NCBI GenBank assembly: GCA_951406725.2
Contig: OX597839.1
Coordinates: 9,238,001-9,302,000 of the forward strand
DNA from: Octopus vulgaris
Lineage: Eukaryota
Direction: 5' to 3'
DNA: 64,000 nucleotides
The position numbers and the translations under genes were made by a program. The number at the start of each line of letters is the position of its first letter. The stretch's first letter is position 1. The notes under the pieces are model-generated. The model saw only the letters and a program-made list of their open reading frames with translations. It searched no databases and was not told where the DNA came from. Shown here in pieces: positions 51,753-64,000 of the stretch.

Positions 51753-52484
51753 AATGTGTATATGAACTTACAATGAGAGAGAGAGGGGGGGAGAAAAACC
51801 TTAGACTAGCAACAGCAACAATGCCAGTTGCCGTGCCTACTGAAAAATCAGAAGTACATAACGTTGCAAGTAGGAGAGACATGGAGGAGAATCCATAACT
51901 AAACAAACATCCAAGCCACATCTGCAATACACATATCAGCAAACAAGGAAGTAACCATATAATGTAACATCATACAGTTACACGAAACAATCAACAGGGG
52001 TCCTTCTGGGCATTGTCAATAAGAGAAAATCTCATTGCTGAGAAGAAGCTCCCCCCACCGTCAGCCATCTCCAGCAATCAACACTGTGGGAGTAAGGCAA
52101 GACACATATAAAGGTATTGAATAACCTTAACTGCACTGGAGCATGGCACATATATTTAGAAGTGGCGTTGAGATAGCTCTGCAGTTATGATATATCCTCT
52201 GCATGTATTTCAATGAAAATGATGATATATCTACCAGAAACATTCTCTATATCAACCAACAGACATCTAATAATATTTCAGTCTGCATTTCATCAAATCA
52301 AATGTATCTGTTTTCCCACTCATTGTATACTCTTTTACTCTTTTACTTGTTTCAGTCATGTGACTGTGGCCATGCTGGAGCACCGCCTTTAGTCAAACAA
52401 ATCAACCCCAGGACTTATTCTTTGTAAGCCTAGTACTTTTCAGCTAATACTTTCTTGGTTATTCTAGCTGTGCCAACGAGGCAA

Positions 52485-53155
52485 GTGAGAGAACAGTGCA
52501 TGCCATCAAAATGACACTGGGGTACAAATATATGAAACCCGATATACCCATCGTGGCTACCCGTCCGATAAGGGTACACCAGGTACATGCATCACAACCA
52601 TATGTGCACAACACGGTGACCTTATATCAAGATATACCAGTGTATGACCTTGCAGATGAAACCCAGTTAGAATTTTTTTCAGGTTGAGAAGCCCACTCTA
52701 CTCAAAAGGTCCCTGAATGAGGGTTGTTTAACCCTTTCATTACTGTATTTATTTTGCGAGGCTCTATGTTTCTTTCAATTATTTTAAATATAATAAAGAA
52801 TTTAGTAAAATAATTTAGTTATCATTCAGCTAGTGTTAGGAACATAAATTGTGACTAAGGTTTGATGGTATGAAAACAAGACATTTGTACTCAGAGCCAG
52901 AGCCGGTTTCAGCCGGGTTGGTAATGAAAGGGTTAAGGATGATGAACGAAACACCCATGTTTCTAGGGATGAATTATTGAAACCCCAAAGAATTCCTCTC
53001 AACACATAGCTACGATACTCCCCCACTACTTCAGAGATGCACATATCATCAGTCACTAAGGAACATGTTCAACTCATTACAATCAAGCAACTGCCAAGCA
53101 AATCTGTAGTATTGAACAGAATATTTGCTTCCAATCAGTTAAGATCAGGAGCCAT
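52485..53155 (-). mobile_element. Diverged copy of the 57147-57702 element, split by MITE B at a TTAA
   Basis: rc homology; GGGTTGT-TTAA...TTAA-GGATG duplication. Confidence 0.75.
52732..52932 (+). mobile_element. piggyBac-type MITE B
   Basis: TTAA duplicated; the uninterrupted copy near 57458 has a single TTAA. Confidence 0.85.
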
Positions 53156-53305
53156 ATTATTTATGTTGCTTCCTACTGACAAACAACTTATGGACTGAAA
53201 TGAGGAACATTTTCATATCAGCTCTTGCTTTATACTGAAGACTTACTGAATAAACCATGCTGAACTTCATAAATGCTTTCTATACGGCACTCACTGACAG
53301 ATTAA

Positions 53306-53526
53306 CCCTTTTGTTACTGTATTTATTTTGAGATGCTCTGTGTTTCTTTCAATTAATTTTAAACATAATAAAGAATTTAGTAAAATAATTTAGTTATCAT
53401 TAAGCTAGTGTTAGGAACATAAATTGTGACTAAGGTTTGGTGGAAGATTTTAATTCAGAACTTTTGAAAACAAGACCTTTGTACTGAGAGCCAGAGCCGG
53501 TTTCAGCCGGGTTGGTAACGAAAGGG
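53306..53526 (+). mobile_element. piggyBac-type MITE B
   Basis: TTAA|CCCTTTTGTTAC...GGTAACGAAAGGG|TTAA. Confidence 0.88.
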
Positions 53527-53570
53527 TTAAGATCATATCTGATTGAGGAAGCATGTTTCTGTGTAATATA

Positions 53571-53790
53571 CTCTTTTCTCTCTTTTTTACTCTTTTACTT
53601 GTTTCAGTCATTTGACTGCAGCCATGCTGGAGCACCGCCTTTAGTCGAGCAAATCGACCCTGGGACTTATTCTTTGTAAGCCCAGTACTTATTCTATCGG
53701 TCTCTTTTGCCGAACCGCTAAGTGACGGGGACGTAAACACACCAGCATTGGTTGTCAAGCAATGCTAGGAGGACAAACACAGACACACAA

Positions 53791-53833
<43 letters not shown>

Positions 53834-54081
53834 TAAAAGAATAGAACATATGCATATATATAAACATATATGTACGTACCTACCTCTACATGTACATATA
53901 CACGCATATATGTGTACAGGACACCAAAAGGACGTCGAACACATAGAGAGACGAAAAACATAGACACAAACCAAGGAACAGGACAAGAAAAAATGGGGTA
54001 CAGGACAAATAGCACAACGAAAAAACCCCTTCTTCAGTCGCTAAGGTTTCATCTACTCTACGTTTCGAAGGATAAAAGCGA

Positions 54082-54124
<43 letters not shown>

Positions 54125-54517
54125 CGCCATGTTGATTCGCTAGCTTCTGCACGCATTTTTTTTCTCTCCTTGTTTCTTTCCGTGTTTCTTTTCTGTGTAT
54201 CTTTCTGTTGAAGAGCGTAGGCTCGAAACGTAAAAAACTTGTTTTATTTATATTCCTGAGCGCCATACTAATACAATTGTTTGTTTGTATTCCACCTGCC
54301 TTCGTCTTTTGTTTATTTTCATAAAGCTTCCCGTTATATATATATATATACATATATATGACAGGCTTCTATCAGTTTCCGTCTACCAAATCCACTCACA
54401 AGGCATTGGTCGGCCCGGGGCTATAGCAGAAGACACTTGCCCAAGATGCCACGCAGTGGGACTGAACCCGGAACCATGTGGTTGGTTAGCAAGCTACTTA
54501 CCACACAGCCACTCCTG
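53571..54517 (-). mobile_element. SINE-A with two elements nested in its central (TA)n
   Basis: 3' half 53571-53800, 5' half 54357-54517; inserts at 53830-54084 and 54122-54334 separated by (TA)n. Confidence 0.85.
54122..54334 (+). mobile_element. (TA)n-inserted element H1 with minimal hammerhead motif (54200-54237)
   Basis: TCTTT-CTGTTGAA-GAGC-gtag-GCTC-GAAA-CG-TA-AAAAA; (TA)n on both sides. Confidence 0.78.
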
Positions 54518-54539
54518 CTGCTTATAAACTGCTTCTTTG

Positions 54540-54905
54540 TCTTCCTGGTGTCATCCTTCAGCTCATCCTTCCTCCACCGAGTAATTTCAACTCTATACAT
54601 TATTAGTGATATCTACCTTTAGTCGTTTGTATGACGTTCCCCATTCTGGGAAAATATTATTCACTGAAAGATTCCTTCATTTCTTTACATTCGATTTTGA
54701 CATTTTCCAGGGTTCCTAGACATTTGTATGGTTCTTTCTATATTTAGTGATTTTATTCCAGCACCTTTTATGGATTTCTCTAACTTCGCTTCTATTAAAG
54801 AATATTTCTCAGTTCTGAATGTCATCCCAATGTCATTACTAAATATTCTTGCAGTTTGCATTAAGGCATCCAGCAGGTTCTTGTATTTGTCAAAAAGCTT
54901 TAAAC
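54540..54905 (-). pseudogene. R4/Dong-like LINE RT fragment
   Basis: RLKLFDKYKNLLDALMQTARIFSNDIGMTFRTEKY matches DDLKLY....L..L...V..FS.DIGM.FG.EKC. Confidence 0.65.
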
Positions 54906-55066
54906 GATCAAATCCATAAATAGGAAATGATCCACTTTCCCCCATTCTTTCCCAGGGAGTATTCTTTCTTATTTTTATTTATTTATTAATTATTTATCTT
55001 TTTCTTTGTATAATCAAAACAGAATATTGCAATTACATTGCTGAAACCACCACTACCACCAGCACC

Positions 55067-55100
<34 letters not shown>

Positions 55101-55279
55101 CCATTGTTATAAACATTGATGTCGCATTTAATAAAGCAGTCAGAAAACTTTATTGTTTATAGATGAGACGCCACATCGGTTTTTCTGATCACTGTTTGTT
55201 CTAATGTTTTCACTTCTGCATAAAAATATCAACGTTCGTTGAGACATCATCCCATTTTCATAAAGCAGCAACGGAAGTA

Positions 55280-55558
55280 TTCGAAAGAGAGAAAAGAGAA
55301 GAAAAGGAAGGACAGAGACCCAGAAGTGAGAAAAGACAGGAAGAAGAGAGAGAAACGAGAAAATAGGCAGGAAAAAAAAGAACGAAAAAGAGAAAAGTGG
55401 AAGGAAAGAAAGAAGGAAAAAGACAAGAAGAGATGAGAGAGAGAGGGAGAGGCAGAGAGAGAGAGGGAGAGGCAGAGAGAGAGAGGGAGAGGCAGAGAGA
55501 GAGAGAGGGAGAGGCAGAGAGAGAGCGAGGGAGAGGCAGAGAGAGAGAGAGAGAGAGG

Positions 55559-55611
<53 letters not shown>

Positions 55612-55722
55612 CAGAGGCAGAGAGAGAGAGAGGGAGAGGCACAGAGGCAGAGAGAGAGAGGCAGAGGGAGAGAGAGAGGCAGAGGCAGAGAGAGAGAGAG
55701 GCAGAGGCAGAGAGAGAGACAG
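55280..55722. repeat. Purine-rich tract with (GA)n/GAGGCA repeats
   Basis: Direct inspection. Confidence 0.85.
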
Positions 55723-56027
55723 ACAGACACACACACACATACATACATACACACATACTTCCTAGCAGCTATTTTCATATTTCATGAGTCGTCGTTAATA
55801 CTTAATTCCAGGCTACATCTGCTGACCTGAGCAACTGCATTTTGCGATATAGTTTTCAAACTATAACTGCTGCGGTGGTCAGTATGAGAATGTTAACCCT
55901 TTTTTTGCAAGTTTGCAGTTGCTACCAGCCTGCTGGTTTGCTCCTACCAATTTAAAAACAATGTCGCACCCCCTAGGTGTCACCCCCCAGCATACAATAG
56001 TTTAACTGCCACAAACTAAAAAACTTC

Positions 56028-56422
56028 AGGAGTGGCTGTGTGGTAAGTAGCTTGCTTACCAACCACATGGTTCCGAGTTCAGTCCCACTGCATGGCACCT
56101 TAGGCAAGTGTCTTCTACTATAGCTTCGGGCCGACTAAAGCCGTGTGAGTGGATTTGGTAGATAGAAACTGAAAGAAGCCCGTCGTATATATGTACATGT
56201 ATATATATTTGTGTGTCTGTGTTTGTCCCCCCACCCCAACGTTGCTTGACAACCAATGCTGGTGTGCTTATGTCCCCGTAACTTAGCGGTTCGGCAAAAT
56301 AGACTGATAGAATAAGCACAAGGCTTACAAAGAATAAGTCCTGGGGTCGATTTGCTCGACTAAAGGCGGTGCTCCAGCATGGCTACAGTCAATGACTGAA
56401 ACAAGTAAAAGAGAGTAAAGAG
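56028..56422 (+). mobile_element. SINE-A
   Basis: Family match. Confidence 0.85.
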
Positions 56423-57066
56423 AATGAGAATTAATATTTTCTACTGTTACAAGATGCCTACATTTACGGGGCAGTTATCTGGCTGACCAAATGGTTGAAC
56501 AATTGAATGGATGCTTTGGGTGGTTGATTGGTTTGTTGATTGGTTGGTAAGATTTTGATTGGTGTGGCTACAGTCGAATGACAGAAACAAATAAAAGATA
56601 AAATAATAAAGCTATATAAATCATTAACCCTGCTAGTAAAAGCAGCCAAACTGCCTTCAAATTACACACTGCTATCTTAAATAAGAAATGGCCACATTAA
56701 GTAATATGGTCTATGTTATCTAAAAGCTTTAACTGTCCCCAACCCTCAAAAAAATATGTCCCTTTGTGCCTAAATACCAACAAGATATTTTATCCAATGA
56801 ATACAGTTGCTGCTGCTACTACTACTAATAATAATAATGGTTTCAAAATTTGGCATAAGGCCAGCAAAGGAAGCGATTACAATGTTACAGGTGCTCATTT
56901 TATCAACCCTGAAAGGATGAACAGTAAAGTAGATCTCAAGGGAATGCGAAGTCAGAATGTAAAGACAGCCACTAAGCATTTTATCCAACATATTAATGAT
57001 TCTGCCAGCTCACAACCTTCCTCCACCTCCTCCTCCTCCTACTACTACTACTACTACTACTACTAC

Positions 57067-57114
<48 letters not shown>

Positions 57115-57146
57115 CAATAACAATAACAATAATAATAATAATAATA

Positions 57147-57702
57147 AATGCCCTGATGCAGTACCAGGCAGTGGCTCTCATGGCTTCTGATCTTAACTGA
57201 TTGGAAGTGTTATCATGTACATTGTTTTGTCTTGGTATAAAAGATGGGCTACAGCAAATATTCTGCTCAATACCACAGATTTGCTTGTCAGTTGTTTGAC
57301 CTTAACCAGTTGAGCATGTCCCTTAGTGGCTGACGATATATGCATCTCTGATCACGAGCAGAAGTAGTGGGGGAGCATCATAGTCATGTGTTGAGAAGGA
57401 TTCTTTGGGGTTTGAATAATTCACCTCTGGAAACATGGGTGTTTCGTTCAACGTCCTTAAACAACCCTTATTCAGGGACCTTTTGTCGGGATGGGTTACT
57501 CGACCAGAAGAAAATTCTAACTGGGCTCCACCTGCAAGGTCATGTGCTGTTTATCTTGATATGAGATCACCATGTCGCGCACATATGGTTGTGATGCATG
57601 TGCCTGGTGTACCCTTATCAGACGGGTAGTCATGATGGGTATACTGGGCATCGTATATTTTACCCCAGTGTCACTTTGATGGCATGCTCTGCTCGCTCAC
57701 TC
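57147..57702 (+). mobile_element. ~555-bp interspersed repeat embedded in (AAT)n
   Basis: (AAT)n on both sides; second copy at 52485-53155. Confidence 0.75.
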
Positions 57703-57848
57703 AATAATAATAATAATAATAATAATAATGATGATAGTCATCATCATCATCGTTTAACGTCCGTTCTCCATGCTAGCATGGGTTGGACAGTTCGACCGGG
57801 GATCTGGGAAGCCAGATAATAATAATAATAATAATAACAACAACAACA

Positions 57849-58213
57849 ACAAGAGCACTCAGAGAGCACAAAGCTCTGCCAAGGCAACACCAACGTCTCA
57901 TTGATTAGCCAGAGATGACTTTTGAAATGAGAATATCTGAAATAAATTTGACTGCTTTCACAAATGAGAATACTAAAAATGAACCCGACTGCTCTCAAAA
58001 ATTAAGTAAAAGCACAGGAAAAATAATCCAGAATCCTTGTCTGTTACCAGATCAATCCCAAAATCTAATCAGTTTGTGCCAGTCGCGAGGCCCAAATATC
58101 CCTGCAAGTTTCATCTGAATCCATGCAGCGGTTCTTGAGATAGCTTGTCCACAGACAAACAAACATACATGACTGAAAACAATAACTCCGCCTTCGCTAA
58201 GGTGGAGGTGATA
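57849..58213 (-). mobile_element. Putative Helentron-associated non-autonomous element (HINE/DINE-like)
   Basis: Subterminal hairpin CTCCGCCTT-cgct-AAGGTGGAG, related CTCTGCCAAGG near the other end, rc GTTTGTTTGTCTGT short repeat, no TSD. Confidence 0.5.
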
Positions 58214-58549
58214 ATGGTTTCAAGTTTTGGCACAGAGCCAGGAATTTTGAGGGTAGGTGGTAAGTCGATTACATTGACCCCAATGCTCATTTTATCAACC
58301 CTGAAAGGATGAAAGGTAAAGCAGATCTCAATGGAATTTGAACTGGGAGTTTTGATATATGGCCAGTAATTTTGGGGGTAGGCGGAAAGTTGATTACATT
58401 GACCCCAGTGCTTGACTGGTACTTACATTATCGACCCCAAAAGGGTGAAAGGCAAAGCAATCTCAACAGAAATGAAACCCAGAAAGTAAAAACAGACAAA
58501 ATGCCACTAAGCATATTGCCTGGCACTGTAACAATTCTGCCAGCTCACT

Positions 58550-58616
<67 letters not shown>

Positions 58617-58650
58617 CAGCAACAGCAGTGTAGTAGTAGTAGTAGCAGTA

Positions 58651-58681
<31 letters not shown>

Positions 58682-58706
58682 CAGCAGCAGCAGCAGCAAC
58701 AGCAGT

Positions 58707-58743
<37 letters not shown>

Positions 58744-59875
58744 CAGCAGCAGCAGCAACAATAGCAGCAACAACAGCAGTGCAGTGCTGGATATACTGAA
58801 TGAAGTACTTTCTATGTAATAATAACAGAAGAAGAAAAAAACAAATATAAAACACAGCATGCACCCAAGACGCAGATCTGCACTAAGTTGTACCAGTGAA
58901 ATATATAACAACAACAACGATATATTTACAATAATAATAAAACAATACAATTGCGCAAACAAAGGTATCAAAACATCTTGCTCTTCAGCTAGTTCTCTTG
59001 TTGCCCATTAATAATGCAAGAATACTCTCGTATTCACCACAATCACTTTCAGTAAAACACTTCAACTGCCAATCGGTTTCAGTCGATTATGAAGCTATTG
59101 CCCTATCACATCTTGAAAATGTAATTTTCCATTCAATCTTCCGTTTCTTCTCTCTCTGATCTCATCTACTTAACACAATGCCATCCCTTATGAGGAGGCA
59201 TCTGAGTATAAGAGGTGGATGTAATAGCATTAAAGATTTTTGTCCTTTCCTATCTTAGCTACAAAAAAATAAGACCAAACACTTTCATAGTCATTATATA
59301 ATTGTTAATACTAAACTCTAAGGTATATTAGTAACATAACTTTTTTTTCTTTTTTTTTTATCTATGTCTGTCTCTGTAATTGTGGTTGTGTGTTTCATTC
59401 ATTCACTCAATGTCCTACTAACACAGAGTTATTATTTGAGGTAGGATTTACAGCCAGATGCCTATCCTGAAGTCAACAGTTACCTCAGCCAGCTTTAAAA
59501 CAATGCCTCGATATAAAATAATAATAATAATAATAATAGAACTGTCTAACCCATGAAATGGACATAAAAACCATTGTGTGTGTGTGTGTGTGTGTGTGTG
59601 TGCATGTGTGTGTGTGTGTGTCATCATCAGCATCATCATTTAACATTTGTTTTCCATGTTGGCATGAGTTGGATGGTTTGACAGGAGCTGGCCAGTTAGG
59701 GAGCTGGCCAGACTCCAATTGTCTATTTTGGCATGGTTTCTATGGCTAGATACCTTTCCTAATGCCAACCACTTTACAGAGTGCACTGGGTACTTTTTAC
59801 ATGTCACCAACACAGGTGGGTTAATGCAGCACCAGCACATCATAGGTGATACTAGGTGAAAACAATGACGATATA

Positions 59876-59913
<38 letters not shown>

Positions 59914-60004
59914 CACACATATACACACATGTATATATGTACATACATATAGAGAGAAATAATTCAAATAAACAAATAAAACTTTGTACAAAATATATAT
60001 ACAT

Positions 60005-60414
60005 AGGCGCAGGAGTGGCTGTGTGGTAAGTAGCTTGTTTACCAACCACATGGTTCCGGGTTCAGTCCCACTGCGTGGCACCTTGGGCAAGTGTCTTCTA
60101 CTATAGCCTCAGGCTGACCAAAGCCTTGTGAGTGGATTTGGTAGACGGAAACTGAAAGAAGCCCGTCGTATATATGTATATATATATATATGCGTGTGTG
60201 TGCTTGTGTGTCTGTGTTTGTCCCCCTAGCATTGCTTGACAACCGATGCTGGTGTGTTTATGTCCCCGTTACTTAGCGGTTCAGCAAAAGAGACCGATAG
60301 AATAAGTACTGGGCTTACAAAAGAATAAGTCCCGAGGTCGAGTTGCTCGATTAAAGGCGGTGCTCCAGCATGGCCACAGTCAAATGACTGAAACAAGTAA
60401 AAGAGTAAAAAGAG
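60005..60414 (+). mobile_element. SINE-A
   Basis: Family match. Confidence 0.85.
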
Positions 60415-61115
60415 TATGTGTACATGTAAAAAGAGAAAATAGACTTAAAATCTTCTACAAAATTTTAAGTCTACCTTCTCTTCTTACACATATACATGTA
60501 TATATATTTTGTATATTAAAACCCAAGGTTTTATCTGTTTATCTGAATCATTGACTCCATATCTGTTCCCTTGGGTTCCCTTTACAGCCACTCTTTACCC
60601 AGCGGACTTGGTCCTCTGTGAAGATATCAGCGTGTAAGTTCAAATCATTTGAGCACTACTAAGTGTTTTCTATACAGAGATTCTCTTACTTTCCTCTGTT
60701 GACTCTGTACATACATATGTAAGCACAAGATATACAGGCACACACAGACACAGACACACACACACATCAGGTTACTAGTGTTGCTATGCCTAAGCAAAAT
60801 ATTAAAATATGTACATCTAAAATTATTTCTAATTTTGGCAGAAGGCCAGAAATTTTGATAGTAATAGCTAATTCAATTACACTGCCCCTGGTGTTCAACT
60901 GATACTTATTTTAATAACTCTGAAAGGATGAAAGGCAATACTGATCTCAGTAGAATTTGAACTCAGACCATAAAGCCAGAATAAAGCTGATGCACTAATG
61001 GTTCTGTCAACTCACTTCCTTTCATATGTAAACATATTATAGAAACCTATATACAAATATATACTATACATACACATATGTATAGTATATATATATATGT
61101 ATAGTATAGTATATA

Positions 61116-61510
61116 GCGCAGGAGTGGCTGTATGGTAAGTAGCTTGTTTACCAACCACATGGTTCCAGGTTCAGTCCCACTGCGAGGCACCTTGGGTAAG
61201 TGTCTTCTACTATAGCCTCGGGCTGACCAAAGCCTTGTGAGTGGATTTGGTAGAAAGAAACTGAGAGAAGCCCGTCGTATATATGTATATATATATATGC
61301 GTGTGTGTGTTTGTCCCCCTAGCATTGCTTGACAACCTATGCTGGTGTGTTTATGTCCCCGTTACTTAGCGGTTTGGCAAAAGAGACCGACAGAATAAGT
61401 ACTGGGCTTACAAAAGAATAAGTCTCGGGGTCGAGTTGCTCAATTAAAGGCGGTGTTCCAGCATGGCCGTAGTCAAATGACTGAAACAAGTAAACGAGAG
61501 AGAAAAAGAG
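61116..61510 (+). mobile_element. SINE-A
   Basis: Family match. Confidence 0.85.
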
Positions 61511-61829
61511 TATATCTGCCTTGAAGAAATTTTAGTCAAATTATATATACATATTAATGTGAGTTTAGAGGGATATATTATCCAGGCAGATATATTACCA
61601 TCCAGATTATATATACACAGCATGGAATTTTGTCAGTAAACAGGTCTCGGCCTCAAAGCGATGAAAATATTTTGGCAAATTAAATTTAAATGTTGAAGTG
61701 AATCTAATGGTTTTTGTGTGTTTCTTAAATGGCTTATAAACACCTTCCATACTGCAACTGTTTTCGTTCCAGCACACGATCTCAGATCAGATCACTTGCT
61801 ATGCAAGTACATCTCCAGAATATATATTG

Positions 61830-62158
61830 AGACTTTTTCGGTCATGACTGGCCATGGGATTGCACCTAGAAAGTTACCCTCCCAGGCACAAGTCCGGGCA
61901 AGGTTGTTTATGGAAGACCAGTAGTCGCCCATGCATACCGGCCTCCCCTCTCCATGCCACCGATGTTATCCAAGGGAAAGGCAAAGGGGCCGATACAGCT
62001 TGGCACCTGTGATGTCGCAAATCATTTCTACAGCTGAGTGAACTGGGCCAACGTGAAATAAAGTGTATTGCTCAAGAACACAACACGCAGCCCGGTCCAG
62101 GATTTGAACTCATAACCTCAAAATCATAAGCTCGATGCTCTAACTACTGAGTCATGCA
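61830..62158 (-). mobile_element. SINE-C-related element
   Basis: rc ATGACTCAGTAGTTAGAGCATCGAGCTTATG...GAGTTCAAATCC; homologous to 40610-40770. Confidence 0.75.
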
Positions 62159-62624
62159 TAATATACATATATAGCACAGTTGAAACACTCTTGTCACAAC
62201 CTGGGGCCTTGAAGACTGCTATAATGCAAGAAAGTATACTAGTCCCTTAATATTTTATATTCAATCTTTCATCTATTCAATAAGACAATCAATACTTCAT
62301 TTCATTTTACTATATATATATTATTTATACTATATATTCTATATATATTATTTATTCTATATATTCTATATTCTACATTAATATAAAAAAAGAATATAAA
62401 TAAAACATAAAAAACAGAGTTGGAATTTTTTTGAATAATATATATATATATATATATATGGATGTATATACGATGGGCTTCTTTCAGTTTCTGTCAACCA
62501 AATCCACTCACAAGGCTCTGGTCAGCCTGAGGTTATAGGAGAAGGTACTTGCAATGGGACTGAACCTGGAACCATGTGGTTGGGAAACAAGCTTCTTACC
62601 ACACAGCCATGCCTTCACCTGTTT

Positions 62625-63127
<503 letters not shown>

Positions 63128-63505
63128 GATACACACATATACAGAATATATAATGGGGGTGTGCAGGATATGCATGCATATATTTATACAAGCCTGCTCA
63201 GAGATTTATTTTCTCCTTCACTGTATTTCACAACAAAGGTTGCCCACACATGCTTTGCCCACAGTAAATTGCAAAAGATCTAACAACAGTGCTTCCTGTT
63301 TATATAAGGCTTTCAAACTCACAGAGAGAGAGAAAAAAAAACCATTCAAGTCCCACAATAAAGCACAACAGGCATCTAATGCAGTGCAATGCAGCCATCA
63401 CAATCACCACCACCACCACCACCACCACTTAATGAGATACTGTTGAATATAACATTTTATAAATAAATAAAAATAGCAAATAGATATATAAAATAAACTA
63501 AGTAT

Positions 63506-63546
<41 letters not shown>

Positions 63547-64000
63547 GTGGAATAAATGAGTAAATAAACTGTCAGCTGCAAAGCACCGTCTACTGCATAT
63601 TAACAATGCATCATGCAGCAGCAGCTGCTGATGTTTTTGATATTATTGCTCTTGTCAGGATACAGACATGCAATACTATCTGACTGTAAGGATTGCTCAT
63701 TCAGCACCAGAGCCTGCAACAATTTTGAAGGCTTTCAGTAATGATATCGCCCAGATAACAATAACAACTACTTCTAATTTATGCACAGGGCCAACAATTT
63801 TTAAGAAGAGGGGGTTCAGTCGATTAGATTAACCCCAGTACTAGACAGGTATTTTATTTTATTGATCCCAGAGAGATAAAAGACGAGGCTAACTCTGGTG
63901 GGATTTGAACTTCAGAATATAAAATTTTAACAAATGCTGCAAAGCAGTTTTCCCAATGCTCTAACAATCCTGCTCGCTTTACTGCTCTTATTGACTTCAA

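Overview
AT-rich, microsatellite-dense eukaryotic DNA. The repeat families look like those of a coleoid cephalopod, probably Octopus; this is inferred from pattern recognition and not verified. No host protein-coding exon could be supported, so the window looks intronic or intergenic, and nearly all ORF-track entries are microsatellite or SINE artefacts. It is a mosaic of three tRNA-derived SINE families, an (ATG)n-tailed RTE-type 3' repeat, decayed LINE pieces (RTE/BovB-like, CR1, R4/Dong-like, Penelope-like RT and GIY-YIG), mariner/Tc1, hAT and TTAA (piggyBac-type) MITEs, and a HINE-like element. The most interesting signal is a set of ~200-bp non-coding elements that sit in (TA)n microsatellites, often inside SINEs, and carry type I hammerhead-ribozyme motifs. 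These include one canonical, well-paired ribozyme (31590-31684), minimal dimer-type motifs clustered at 41.1-42.1 kb, and a family with a recurrent non-canonical CUGUNGAA core. A 242-bp near-perfect palindrome is centred on a CTGAAGA core. Also present are a MITE turning into a 167/168-bp satellite, a triplicated tRNA-like Pol III head, and a miR-9-like hairpin. All structures were folded by eye, and many repeat boundaries are approximate.
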